DNA of 64,000 nt, taken from the NCBI RefSeq assembly GCF_009914755.1, contig NC_060937.1, one strand, 5' to 3'. A model generated the notes under the pieces. That model did no database searches and was not told where the DNA came from. It was given only the letters and a program-made list of their open reading frames with translations. Position numbers and translations under genes: made by a program. Origin of the DNA: the human T2T-CHM13v2.0 reference genome, Homo sapiens. Positions 1 to 17,020 of this stretch are shown here, one piece after another (positions within the stretch are counted from its first letter, which is position 1; each line of letters opens with the position of its first letter).

Positions 1-3000
1 AGCTTGCATTGTTAGCAATTTCCTATCCATCTATGAGATCTCTCTAAGGCACTGCAAGGGTTAAGATTTAATATATAGAGCAAAACTTAACGATATGAAA
101 GAAAGAGAAATAATCAATAAATGATAGCTACAGTAAAATACATTAAAATGAAACATTTTTATTGTATGTATTTATAAAAAATATGAGTTGTATATTCATT
201 TATCATTTGCTTTAAGACTCTGACACATCATTTTAGATATCATCACCTGTCCAGGCATTTCATGATTTTCTCTGCCTACTCAGACATTTAGTGAAGAAAG
301 CCAATCATTTCTTGCCTCTATCTGTCAATTGCCTTTTTTTCCCCTTTTACTCTAAATTTATATGCATATCATGTTTTGGGAAAAAAATGTTAAAACTGAC
401 GATTTAACTGGTTTGAATATTGCATTAACAAGCTATATGCTTAAATTAATATGCTAAATTGGAAGAAAACATATGTATATTGGATTCACAATGTATTTCA
501 TTATTTTAAAGAGTTATTCTGATTATAAAATGCAATAATGTGTGCATTCATGTTTCTTGAGTTATTAGCAAGTTCCGTTTTCTGCATGTAGAATTTAAGT
601 TTCAGAAATTATATTTATCCTTCAGAAATTAGTATTATACATTTACTATGTGTATATCCTCATGCAACATTATGAATAGTTGTACAAAATTTGGTGCTGC
701 ACTCAAAGAATTTATGCCGTAATAGTTGGGATTTGATATATGGAGATTAACAGTTCAAACTAGTATGTGCTCTTGGCATGAATGTCTACCTTTTCCAAAA
801 CCCAAAGATGCCTTCAGGAAATGATGAATTACAAAATGACAAGTGATTATAATATGGACATGAAATTACAGGATTTATACTTGCACTGACTCTGACTGCA
901 GTCCGTGTATATACAGGACACCACAATTTTTTTAATAGTGTATAAGATGATGTTAAATTCCTTTATATAAAAATTCAGTTTATTTTCCTCAAGGCATTAT
1001 TTGCTTTTTCTATCACAAACCCTTCTCAATTTCCTTCCCAAACCCTCCCTGAATGTGGAGCTATCCAAACAAGGAATTAAAGCCCTGAAATTAATGCAAT
1101 TTTTTATTTGCATATGGGTTTTCTGATTATAATGCTATTACCATAAAGTAGGGTTTACTGATGGGGCAACAGGGAATGGACAGGTGCTCAGCCACTATTG
1201 AGACCTAGAATCTGTTTGGATAAGCTCTTACTTCATTGTTGGATTACCTCGTACTACATAATTCTTGAATTTTCTTGTCCTTATATTTTCCACTTCTTTG
1301 CAAACCAGAGGTTTGTTCTTCTAAAATCAATGACTTCACACATTCTATTTCAATAACAAAACATGGATGGGTTTCCTCTTCCCTTTTCTGAGGCAAATAT
1401 TTTTCTTCTGAACATTTTCAACCATTTAACATTCTATATATGCCTTTCCAAATATTTGACATATAACAAAAAACCCGACATGTGGTTTATCATTAAATTA
1501 ACATAGGACTCAGAATTTGGGCTTAACAATGTATATAGTGTTACAGGTGGACTGTCTTGGAAAATCATGTGTGCTTTACAACTGCTCTATGGCATTCATT
1601 TTGTTACCTTTCCATTTTTATTGTCAATGCAATATGCATAATTCCTTTCATTTACTCCATTTGTTTCAACAAACTATAATCACTTTATTTTTCATCACAA
1701 TTAAGCCAGTAATTATTTTCTCCCTTTAAGCTGCTAATCTAGACGTTTTAAATAGCATGTTTAATTTCTTGCAACAAGAGGTTCCAGGCCAATCTTGAAT
1801 CATTCTGCCACAGACATGTTTTCACATACTTTACGAAGGCAACATTTTTGGTCTGTTTGTTTCTAGAGAAGAATATTATTTTAGGCTACATTTACCAGCC
1901 TACTTGTTCACATTGCATTGTTCCACATGAGTACTGAGGTAAAGCAGGGTTACCCAGAGTTTGCTGAGGTGTTACAAAATTTAGAATGGTTTCTTTGATT
2001 CTTATTTGAAGACACTTAAACTCAATTTTCCTACCAAATTCTGAATTTACTAGACAATAATACAAGAGATTAAAATAAAGAGGAGAAAACATATTGCCTT
2101 TGTTACTGATAAAGGATGATTTGGAAATTGTAACTCAATGAAGGGGCCAATGTGTCTGCAAACTCCTTTTCCTGCTTCCCCGCCCACTGCTCACTTAAGC
2201 CAACGTCTGCATCTGCAGAGAACTCAAAATGAACTGAGATGCTACCTTGTACTTTTCCAGGAAGATAAGAAGGAAAAATTGATCAAATTTTCTAGGCTTA
2301 GGACTTTTGAGCATTAATTATACCTAAATTAAGACACATAAAAATTTATTTTCTCTCCAACCAGGCAAATTACTCCACTTTTGTGGGAAGGAGAAACAGG
2401 TAATGCGTGATGCAGGAACTGTGTAAGAAACAATTTATCTCATGAAAATTAGAATCATGAGAAAGAGATTTTCTTTATTGGCTGCATATTATTGAGTGTC
2501 TGAAAACCAAAAGTAATATCAAGTATTTTACCAAATTCAAGTAATTCAAAAACATAATATGCATTGCACTTTTTATGCCAAAGTACCGAATAGAATACAA
2601 TAATTAAAAACCAAATACAGGGATTTTATTTTAAAATCTATCTTTTACTTTTTCCTTTGGTTCCCACTATTTGAATCTTTTTTCTTCATAAGTTACATGA
2701 TCTCTTCTATAGTGGCATGGTTTAGTTATAGTTATAGGCATTTTTAGTGTTGAATTCCAATTACTTGGAGAATCTTAGGTGCACAGTATCTTCAGTGTAT
2801 TGTTTCCAAAATACCTTAAAAAACAAGTAAAAAATAAAACAAATCAATAAACTGAATTATTTTGAAAAGGTATATATTAAATTAGAAATATTAAATAAAA
2901 ATGTTTATAAAAAGAAAGAAAATTTGCATAAAATGGCTTACATGGTATATTTACAAAGTGCTGGATGAATGTGACATGCAAAAATCAACACATATGTGTA

Positions 3001-3059
3001 CGTGTATAATCCCATTGAAAATGTATCTATGTGTTACAAGTCCATATTAATTAACATTA

Positions 3060-3400
3060 TTTTTAATAAACTTTCCATTTTAGAACAGTTTCTGATTTAC
3101 AGAAAGGTTACAAAGATAATGTAGAGAGTTCCCATAAAAGCCCACACACTGTTTGCTCTTGTATTATCATCTCACATTATTGTTGTACATTTACCATAAT
3201 TAGTGAACCAACATGTAAACATCATTACTGACTAAAGTCCATAATGTACTCAGATGTCCTTAGTTTTTATCGACTCTCTTTCTTTCACTTTACAATTTTG
3301 TCCAGGATGAATGTGTTCTGTGTCCCTTTGATATACATTCATCAATGTGGTTAGTTTGTTTTGAGCGCTTCCTTACATGACTATATATGTGATCCAAGTT
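3060..3400 (-). mobile_element. Old L1 (L1MC/L1MD-type) 3' end fragment
   Basis: 'ttttagaacagtttctgatttacagaaaggttacaaagataatgtagagagttcccata...' resembles the reverse complement of L1MC/MD 3' termini; boundaries approximate. Confidence 0.6.
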
Positions 3401-3409
3401 TCTTTCCTA

Positions 3410-4280
3410 TATAGTTTTCCTTCTCCTTAAACAATTTCTTCTAATACTTACAGCAAACCTAGGTTTGCTAGTGATTAATTCCTTCAGTTTTTATTTGTCT
3501 GAGAAACTCTTTATTTTCTCCTTCACTTTTGAAGGATAAATGTTACAGGTTACAGAATTCTATAATTGTGTTGCTTTTCTTCAATACTGTAAATACTACA
3601 TTCCACTTTCTTTCTTTTTTTTTTTCCATGGTTTCCAGTAAGTATACTGGATTTCTGCAATTGTTTCTCTGTAGGAAAGATGTTTCCCCCTGCCCTTGCT
3701 TCTTTCAAGAGATTCATTTTTGTCTTTTTTTTTAATTTAGTTTAAACACGATATGCCTTGGTAGGGGTGTGTGTGTGTATGCATGTTGGTGTTTATCCTG
3801 TATAGTGTTCTCTGAACTGTTTTGAACATGTGTTTTGATGTCTGTCATTAATACTGGACAGTTCTCCATCTTTTTTACTTCAATATTTTTTCTGCTTATT
3901 TCCCTATTCCTTATTCTTCTGTCATCCCTATTACGCATATGTTACAACTTTTGGAATTATCCCACAGTCTTTGGTAATCTATTCTTTTTTTCATCATTTT
4001 CCTCTGCATTTCAATTTGGAAAGTTGCCATTGACATATCTTTCAATTAAGTGATTCTTTTCTCAGCCACATTGACTCTACTGATGAGCCACAGAAGGCAT
4101 TCTTCAATTATGTTATGGCATGTTTGTTTTCAATCAATTCTCTTATATATTTCCTTCAAGTCTCCATCCTTCTGCTTATCTCATCCATATGTACATGCAT
4201 GTTATCTACCTTTTTTTATTAGAGCCCATAAGATATTTATCATAGTTATTTTAAATTTTTTGTCTAATAATTTCAACATT
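3410..4280 (-). mobile_element. Old L1M ORF1-region fragment
   Basis: T-rich antisense L1 ORF1 sequence ('tttgtctgagaaactctttattttctccttcacttttgaaggataa'); minus-strand ORF 3732-3938 has remnants like 'PLPRHIVFKL'; paralogous to 13740-14590. Confidence 0.7.
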
Positions 4281-4960
4281 TCAACCTCACATCTATACAA
4301 AAACTAACTCAAAATGGATGAAAGACCAAAATGTAAAAGCTAAAACTAAAATATCCTTAGCAGAAAATGTAGGTGTAAATCTCTGTGACCTTGTATTAGT
4401 CAATGATTTCTTAGTTATGATACCAAAAACATAAGCAGCAACAACAAAAAAATAGATAATTTGACTTTATCAAAATTGAAAACTTTGTGCTCCCAAGGTC
4501 ACTTTCAAGAAATTGATGTCATACCTATATTCATAGAGGCAATATTCAAAATAGGCAAAAGATGGAAACACCCAACAGTACATCAACACATGAATGGATA
4601 TGAAAAATGTGGTATATACATGCAAGGGAATATCAGTTTTTTTAAAGAAAAAGAAATTCTGGCACAATCTACAAAATAGATGAATCCTGAGGACGTTATC
4701 CTACGTGAAATAGGCCAGTCACAAAAAGGCAAACACTGTATGTCTCCACTTATATTACATACCTAGATAGTCACATTTATAGAAACAATAAGTAGAATGG
4801 TTGTTGCTAGGGAATGATGGAGGACAGAAGGAGAAGAAATTGGCGAGTTGTTTTGTAAGTATGGAATTTCAGTTTTGTAAAAGAAAAATCTTCTGAAAAT
4901 TGTTTACACAATGATGTGATCATAGTTATTAGCACTGCTGAATTACCTTTTAAAACGGTT
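4281..4960 (+). mobile_element. L1MB-type 3' ORF2/3'UTR fragment, internally deleted
   Basis: 'acctcacatctatacaaaaactaactcaaaatggat' (ORF2 C-terminal), then 'ttcatagaggcaatattcaaaataggcaaaagatggaaac...gaaataggccagtcacaaaaagg' 3'UTR. Confidence 0.7.
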
Positions 4961-4963
4961 AAA

Positions 4964-5255
4964 GCTGGGCAAGGTGGCTCACATCTGTAATCCTAACACA
5001 TTGGGAGGCCAAGGCGAGAGGATTGATTGAGTTCAGGAGATTGAGACCAGCCTGGGCAACACAGGAAGACCCTATCTCTACAAAAAAATTTTAAAAAGAA
5101 TTAGCCAGACATGGTGGCATACGCCTGTAGTCCCAGCTACTCTGAAGGCTGAGGTGGATGGATCACTTGAGCTTGAGAGATTGAGGCTACAGGAAGCTGT
5201 GATTGCACCACTGCACTCCAGCCTATGCAACAGAGAAAGAACCCGTCTTTAAAAT
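4964..5255 (+). mobile_element. AluJ
   Basis: Dimeric Alu with J-type 'gaggattgattgagttcaggag' and 'ggatcacttgagc...gaggctacag'; heavily CpG-decayed. Confidence 0.93.
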
Positions 5256-5259
5256 ACAC

Positions 5260-7107
5260 AAGTTACCTCAACAAAATTGCAGGATGCAAGTTCATTATGA
5301 AAATATCAACTGTATTTCTACACACAAGTGATAAATTAAGAGAAATGGAATTAAAATATCATTTAAAAATTATGAAAAATAGTATGGATAACCCCAACTA
5401 AGATATTCATGATTTGTACACTCAATCATTGCTGAGAACTATTAAATAAGAACTAAAGTAATTAAATTAATTATTAATAATTAAACTGTTTTTTATTAGT
5501 GGAAGCCTCCATATTATAGGATGACAAATCTTCCCAAATTCATTTATAAATCCCATATGACCACTATCAAAATTCAAGCAGGTTTTTTGTTGTTGTTGCT
5601 ATGGCTAGAAATTGACAAGATAATTCTAAAACTCATGTAAAAATGAAAAGACCTGAAATTGTAAGAACAACTTTGACAAAAGAACAAAGTTGAAGGTTTC
5701 ACATTACCTAGCATTAAAACTTATTATAAAGCCACAGCAATCATACCTGCATTACATTCATGATAAGATAGACAAACAGATCAATTAAATAGAATAGAGA
5801 ATCCAGATAATAGCCCACTTATATATATTCCATTGATTTTCAACAAAGTTGCAAAGGCAATTCAGCAGAGAAGCTGTAAATCTTTCAACAAATTTTGCTG
5901 GAGCAATTGGATATCTATGTGCATAAAACGAACGTGATTTGGTTCGCATGATTTGGTCCATATGCAGAATTAATTCAAAATGAATTCTAATCCTGAATAT
6001 ATTCCATAAAATTATAAAACTTCTAGAAGTTTTTGACCATTGTTATGTGAAGATTTCTTAGATACACCAAAAGTAAAATTCATAAAAAACCAAAATTCAT
6101 TAAATTTATCTCATCAAAATGAAGCATTGTTCTTTGAAAGGCACTGTTAAGACTATAAGAAGACGAACTGTGACAGAGAAAATATTTGTAAAATTACATA
6201 TCTGATAGAGGATTTATATCTAGATATATATGTAACTCTCAAACTCAGTATTATGAAAGCAAATGACCTAATATGAAATGTGTCAAAGTTCTGGAGACAC
6301 TCCTGGAAAGATATTATTTTGCCAAATAAGGATATATTAGGGTGTTCAACATGTTTTGTCATTAGAGAATTTAAATTAAAATCATAAAGTGATAATACCT
6401 ACTATTTAGAATGATAAACATTAAAAACATGGACCACGCTAAGTGTTGATGAGGTTGTGTTATAACTTGAACTCTCATAATTTCTTAGCAAGAATGCCAT
6501 ATGGCACAACCATTTTGAAAATTCACATCTCGGTTTCTTCAAAACCTAAACATGCATGCATACATGGCCCTGCTATTCCATTCCCAGGCATCAACCTAAG
6601 ACAAATGAAAGCTTATAACCATACCAAGGCATTTATCCAAACATTTATAAATGTTTTATTTGTAATATTATCAAACTGGAAACAACTCAAGTGATCTTGA
6701 GGAAGTAAAAATGTAAGCACATTGTGGTGTATACCACTCAGCTATAAAGACAGCAACAAGAATTAATCTCAAAATAATTATGACTAGTGAAAGAAGTTAA
6801 CAAAAAAGAATACACATATTGTTATTTATATTTAAAAATTCATGAGACTGATACTAATCTATAGTGATCCAAAGCAGGTGAGTGGCTACTTGGTGATGAG
6901 AGGAGAGAGTAGGTCAAAAGGGCAGTGTATGAGGGTACACGGGGGAGTCAGAAAACTTTTGGGTGTGAAGGATATGTTCACTATCTTGATTAGGTTTTTT
7001 TCACAAGTGCATGCATATGTCAAAATTTATACAATTATACATTTTAAATACATGCAACTAATTATATGCTGACTTTAATAAACTCTCAATAATTTTTTTT
7101 TAAAAAG
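5260..7107 (+). mobile_element. L1MD/L1ME 3' ORF2 + 3'UTR
   Basis: Degenerate ORF2 C-terminal sequence ('ctagaaattgacaagataattctaaaa', 'gattttcaacaaagttgcaaaggcaattca') and 3'UTR ending 'aataaa...aaaaa' near 7077-7107. Confidence 0.75.
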
Positions 7108-7327
7108 GCATTCTTAAACCTCCAATTTTTATGATATGTGTCAATTAGGAGATTACCACAGAGACAGAAAACATTCTACCCTTACAAAAATTTTGCCCCA
7201 AATAAAATAGTCTCATTACCATAGAGTATATCTCTTTGTTCAAACAATTTTGGAACTTTTTCATGACATCTAACATTAAAAATCCACCAAATAACAATAT
7301 CAAGAAATTATAAATCTGAGTAATTAG

Positions 7328-7721
<394 letters not shown>

Positions 7722-7817
7722 TGAGCCAAGCTTTCTAAATGGTAATAAATATGGAATATTTTGTCAAAAACTCAGACTTAAAAAATAGCTTAGATAACCA
7801 CATTTGGGGTTATATTT

Positions 7818-7853
7818 GTTTTCTTTTCTTTTCCTTTCCTTTCTTTTCTTCTG

Positions 7854-7885
<32 letters not shown>

Positions 7886-7902
7886 TCTCTTTCTTTCTTC
7901 TC

Positions 7903-7933
<31 letters not shown>

Positions 7934-8217
7934 ACACAGGGCCTCCCTCTGTCACCCAGGCTGGAGTGCAATAGTGTGATCTCAGCCCACTACAGCCTCA
8001 ACTTCCTGGGCTCAGGTGATCCTCCCATCTCATCCTCTAGAGTAGCTGGGGCTAGAGGCATGTGCCACCACAACTGGCAAATTTTTATATTGTTTTGACA
8101 GAGACAGGGTTTTACCATTTTTTTCCAGGCTGGTATTGAGCTCCTGGGCTAAAGCAATCCCCCCACCTTGGCCTCCCAAAGTTCTGGGATTATAGGCATG
8201 AATCACCACTCCAAGCC
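7818..8217 (-). mobile_element. AluJ with tail-derived (CT)n/(CTTT)n microsatellite
   Basis: Alu body ~7932-8217 ('cagcctcaacttcctgggctcaggtgatcctccc'); pyrimidine tract 7818-7931; TSD-like gggttatattt at 7807-7817 and 8222-8232. Confidence 0.92.
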
Positions 8218-8522
8218 TGCTGGGTTATATTTCTATTCAAACATTATTTTTCTCTTCTTATTTCCATGTCAGTCTATAATGATGGTTATCCTAAATAAAA
8301 TTATGTCTGACACACAATATTTTACCAAGGAATGTTCATGGTTAGTTAATAATTAATGAAAGTAACATACCTACTACTTTAATGCTATAGAACATTAGGT
8401 TGTCATAATACTAAATTCAAATAATATTGGATGACTTGCACAGATGCATATATTTTTATGAGGTATTAAATAAGAAACTTAAATGTAGAAAATTGTGTAT
8501 TATTGGGGAAAATTGATAAAAT

Positions 8523-8525
<3 letters not shown>

Positions 8526-8568
<43 letters not shown>
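8526..8568. repeat. (TG)n microsatellite, about 21 units
   Basis: Pure TG run. Confidence 0.98.
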
Positions 8569-8571
<3 letters not shown>

Positions 8572-9149
8572 GATATACAGAAAAAAACACAAAAGCATGC
8601 CTATTTAGTGTTTATGATAGATCTCCTGGGGTAGAGAGAGGGGCACTAGAAAAAAGGTAAAGGTTAATCTGTCATCTGATTAGATCACAATACTATATTT
8701 ATGTGATTTCTAAATTTATTGCATGTACTGAAAAGTAATGTATAACAGAACAAATAACCAACTTATTGTTTTAGCATTCTATTAATAATTCAATTGATTT
8801 GATGCTATTGCATTTCAATATGTAAATAAAAGGTACTTAAATTAAATCATATGAAATTGCTGAAATTCAACTTTTTGTGGATTCAAAAATGGCAATATTA
8901 TATTATTCAACCTAATATGATAACTCTTACAGATTTTCTTAATTACAACAATTTCTTCACAAACATTGATCCAGCAAGACCCTCCCTGACAAAATTCCCA
9001 GAAAACATGTCATTCATCTATTTTAAAATGAAATATTATTGAGTAGTTCTTTTTAAATAATTGGAAATTATTGTCTAAGCAAATACTCTTATTATATTAT
9101 ATATTTAATTCTGGAAAAAAATATAAAATAAAAACAAAACATATAGTTG

Positions 9150-12140
<2,991 letters not shown>

Positions 12141-13739
12141 TGAAAGGAGGGTAAAGATTAGATTATAAAATAATGGAATTATCTAACATGTTAGACTCAG
12201 CCCAGTGCTGAGTGCACTTGTAATTCAGTAATAAGTAATTACCAAAAGTGGGATTCAACAATCCTGGAGAGTGTTGGAAGGTAGGCCCGTGAAAAACCTG
12301 AAAGCTGGAGGAGTTGAGAAGAACTTGGACTCCCTGTGAACATCTACTTCCTAAGAGAAATAAGTCAGGCAAAGTTCAGCTTTGCATTCTGAGTTATTTT
12401 TTCCCAAATTTGCCTTGAAGAAGTCAGTCCCCCTCTTCACTGGTCATGTGAGTAAACAGATAAATAGAATGGCCTGAAATGAGTTTAAGGAGAAATTCCT
12501 TCTCATGGAAGCCAGAAATGGAGGAAAATGTACTTCCACTCCAAAATCATACATTGAAAGGAGGTTAGTGTCAACCTTAGAAGGCTGAACCTACTACTCT
12601 TTCTTTATATTAATTTAGAAGAAAATTAAGTACCCAGTAGGGAAATATTATCTAGTAAATCTTGAATTACATATTTTATAATTATTTATCAAAACATGCA
12701 AAAATGTATAGACATGATTTTTGAACAGTTTACTTCAATAGGAAACATATTAAGAGCCATTTGATTGACAAGAGAATATAAATCAAAATAGGAAAGTTGA
12801 TAAATGATATGTGAAAACATATCAGCATAGACTTATACCTAAAGGTCATTAGCCATTTTTATGGTATCATTTTAGGACTGTGCATTTGTCTTTTTAATTT
12901 TTTTCCCCTTACCACAAATTGAAATGCTCTGTAGCTCTGTGGCCTCTTAGATTCTGATGTCAGGATACAAATCTCTGTTACCATGGGGACCCAATACTAC
13001 AAAGGATTCACATAGTCGCCAACTTTTTACTCTTTGTGAAGAGCTATTCATATCAGAAAAAAGGTTAATGAAGTCCAGCAACTTTAGATTTGATAGCTGA
13101 TGAATCTGTAAGACTAAGAAAGATAGGAAATTTATATATATATATATATATGAAACTATATATTAAATAGGAAATTCTAATTTTATATATATATAAGATT
13201 TCCTATCTTAATCTCACAAATACATACATATATATGAATGTTTATAAATAGTAATACAGACTTTAATTTTCTTTGTTAACATGCAATATATCCAGATTCT
13301 AAAAGTAATTAATTCTTATTGATTATTTTTGGTATTCTTAATTTCATCAAATTATATATAACTATACTACCTTCTATATTAACAGCTGAATATTTTAAGT
13401 CTGTGTACAGAAACATTAGCTGACATTCACCTTCCTAGTCAAGTTGAAGGAATGACTAAGTAAAAAATTAGAGAAAACTAGCCAGTTAGTGGAGCCAAGA
13501 CACATGAAAAAAAATAATAATTTATTAAAGTCTCCATCCAGATGTACTGAGAATTCAATCAATTAAAAAACATTCTGGACACTGCTTAGGCAGTATTACC
13601 ATGTTGCATGTTGCATAGTTCTGCAGAACTTGCTACTCATTGTATTTACATCCAGCATGGTGGTAGCCTCAGCCCAGTGCTCATGTAATTTGTGCATTTT
13701 TAATTAAGAATTAGCAATTACCAGAAGTAGGTTGCTCTT

Positions 13740-14599
13740 TATTTCTTTAAGTAGATCCAATTTTCTGACCTACATTATTTTCCTTCTCTCTAAAGAACTT
13801 TTCTTGCAAGGCAGATCTACTGGCAACAAATTTCTTCAATTTTTGTTTGTCTGAGAAAGTATTTCTCCTTTACCTTTCAAGGATAATTCTGCAGAGTATA
13901 GAATTCTAGATTCATGAAGGGATTTTCTCTGAACCTTTTAAACATTTTAGTCCACTGTTTTGTTAGCATGGTTTCTGAGAAGTTGAAGGTAATTCTTCGT
14001 TCCTCTATAGATAAGGATTTTTTTTTTCTTCCTGTCTTCTTTCAGGATGTTTTGCTTTATCATTGCTTTTTTGTGTAGTTTGAAAATGCTATGTCTTGGT
14101 GTAGGGTGTTTTGGGTTTGTTTTGTTTAACCTACCTGTTGTTCTCTGGACTTGTTGAATCTGAGGTTTTGTATTTGGCATTATTTTGGGGAAAATTGTCA
14201 GTCATTGTTTCAACTATTTCTTCTGTTCCTTTCTCTCCTTCTGGAAATCCTATCATATTTATGTTATACCTTTGTAGTTGTCCCACAGTACTTAGATATT
14301 CTGTTCTATGTTTTTAATCTTAGTTCTCTTTAATTTTCAGTTTCAAAGTTTCTATTGATACATCTTTAAGCTCAGAACCACGTCCCCTCTACTCTTGAGC
14401 CCATGAAAGGCATTTCTCATTTCGGTTACAGTGCTTTTGATCTAGCATTTATTTTGGGTTCATAGGATTTCTATCTCTCTGGTAACATTGTCAGTATGCT
14501 CTTTCATACTGTCTACTTTATCCATTAGTCTTTGGCATATTATAGTTTTTAAAAAATAATTCCAGTTTGATAATTCCAACATCCTTGTTGCATCTGGTT
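13740..14599 (-). mobile_element. L1M (L1MA/MB-age) ORF1 region, host of an L1PB insertion
   Basis: Minus ORF 13947-14180 'KPQIQQVQRTTGRLN..PTPRHSIFKL' is ORF1p-like; the sequence resumes at 16744. Confidence 0.8.
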
Positions 14600-16734
14600 G
14601 ATTGATTGATTGATTGATTTTTGCAGTAGTTTTTGGAGTACAGATGGGTTTTGGTTACATGGTTAAGTTCTTTAGTGGTAATTTCTGAGATTTTGGTGTA
14701 CCCATCATCCAAGCAGTGTACACTGTACTCAATATGTAGTCTTTTATCCCTCCCCCCTCTCTCTCACTTCCCCACAAGTCCCAAACATCTATTATATAAT
14801 TCTTATGTCTTTGCATCCTCATAGCTTAGCTTCCACTTGTCAGTGAGAATATATGATATTTGCTTTTCCATTCCTCAGTTACTTCACTTAGAATAACGGC
14901 CTCAAGCGACATCCAAGTTGCTGTAAAAGGCCATTATTTTGTTTTGTTATATGGTTAGCAGTATTCCATGGTGTACATATACACCACATTTTCTTTGTCC
15001 ACTCGTTGGTTGATGGGGCTTTGGGTCAGTTCTATATTTTTGCAATTGCAAATTGTTCTACTATAAACCGGCATGTGCATGTGTCTTTTTCATATAATGA
15101 CTTATTTTCCTTTAGGCAGAGATCCAGTAATGGAATTAATTGCTGGATTTAATGGTAGTTTTACTTTTAGTTCTTTATGGAATCTCTATACTGTTTTCCA
15201 CAGCAATAGTACTAGTTTTCATTTCCACCAGCAGTGTAAAAGCATTCCCTTTTCACTACACCCATGTCAACGTCTATTATTTTTTGACTCTTTAATTATG
15301 ACCATTCTTGTAGGAGTAAGGTGATATCTCATTGTGGTTTTAATTTGTATTTCCCTGATAATTAGTGATTCTGACCATTTTATCATATGTTTGTTGGCTG
15401 CTTGTATATCTTCTTTTGAGAATTTTCTATTCATATCCTTTGCTCACTTTTTGATGGGATTATTTATTTTTTCTTGCTGATGTGTTTGAGTTCCTTGTAG
15501 ATTCTGGATATTAGTCCTATGTTGGATGCCCAGTTTGTGAATATTTTCTCCCACTCTGTGGGTTGTCTGTTCATTCTGCTGATTATTTCTTTTTACTGTG
15601 CAGAAACTTTTTAATTTAGTTAGGTCTCATTCATTTATTTTTGTTTTTGTTGCATTTGCTTTGGGGTTCTTAGTCATATATTCTTTGCCCAAGCCAATGT
15701 CTAAAAGAGTTTTCCTGATATTATCTTCTAGAATTTTTATGGTATTATGTCTTAGATTTAAGTATTTGATCCATCTTGAATTTACTTTTGTATAAGGTGA
15801 GAGATGAGCATCCAGTTTCATTCTTCTACATGTGGCTTGCCAATTACCCATTTGTTCACCATTTGTTGAACAGGGTGGCCTTTCCCCACTTCATGTTTTT
15901 GCTTGTTTTGATGAAGATCAGTTGGTTGTATTTGATTTTATTTCTGGGTTCTCTATTCTGCTCCATTGGTCTACATTCCTATTTTTATACCAGTACCATG
16001 CTGGGTAACTATAGCCTTGCAGTTTAATTTGAAGTTGGGTAATGTGATACAGCCAGTATTGTGTTTTTGCTTAGTCTTGCTTTGGCTAGGCAGGCTCTTT
16101 TTTAGTTCCATATGAATTTTAGGATTGTTTTTTCTAGTTCTGTAAAAATGATGATGATTTTTGATGGGAATTACATCAAATCTGTAGATTGCTTTTGGCA
16201 GTATAGACATTGTGACAACATTGATTCTGCCTCTCCGTGAGCATGGGATGTGTTTTGATTTGTTTGTGTCATCTATGATTTCTTTCAGCAATGTTTTGTA
16301 GTTTTCCTTGTAGAGATCTTTCACCTCCTTGCTTAGGTATATTTCTAAGTATTTTATTTCATTTTTGTATCTGTTGTAAAAGGTACTGAGTTCTTGATTT
16401 AAGTCTCAGCTTGGTCATTGTTGGTGTTTAGCAGTGCAACTGATTCATGTAGATTAATTTTGTGTCCTGAAACTTTTCATTTATCTTTTCATTTTAGATG
16501 AGTCTTTAGCGTTTTCTAGGTATATGATCATATCGTCAATGAACAGTGATAGTTTGACTTCCTCTTTTCCAGTTTGGATACCCTTTATTTCTGTCTCTTG
16601 TGTGATTGCTCTGATTAGGACTTCCAGTACTATGTTGAATAGTAGGGTTGAAAATGGATATCCTTGTCTTATTTCAGTTCTCAGTGGGGATAGTTTCAAC
16701 TTTTCTCCATTCAGCATAATGCTGGCTTTTGTGA
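14600..16734 (-). mobile_element. 5'-truncated L1PB (about 2.1 kb)
   Basis: L1PB-type 3'UTR ('ttttggttacatggttaagttctttagtggtaatttctgagatttt'); ORF2 remnants 'KDLYKENYKTLLKEI', '[23 protein letters not shown]'; TSD catctggtt at 14591-14599 and 16735-16743; tail replaced by (GATT)n. Confidence 0.92.
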
Positions 16735-16743
16735 CATCTGGTT

Positions 16744-17020
16744 CAAATGCTTGCTTGCTCTGTCTCTTCAAATTGTGTGGGGTATTTTTTTTTTCTTTTT
16801 GGTATACCTTGTTATTTTTTCTTGATAGCCAGTCATGATGTACTAGAAAAAAGAAATTGCTTTAAATGGGCCTTTAATAATGGTGGCAAGATGTGGGGAG
16901 AAGAAAAGCATTCTATAGTTCTATAATTATGTTTTAGGTTTTTTTTCTTTTTTTGTGTGTGATCTTATGCCTTGGACTATGAACTTCACAAATATTTCTT
17001 AGGAGTTTTATTCCCCATTA
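16744..17020 (-). mobile_element. Continuation of host L1M (5' part)
   Basis: 'caaatgcttgcttgctctgtctcttcaaattgtgt' continues the L1M interrupted at 14599. Confidence 0.65.

Noticed and set aside
3410-5260. Opposed L1 pieces at 4280 as a twin-priming inversion
   Set aside because: The fragments appear to be of different regions and ages, and no shared TSD is visible; independent insertions are more likely.
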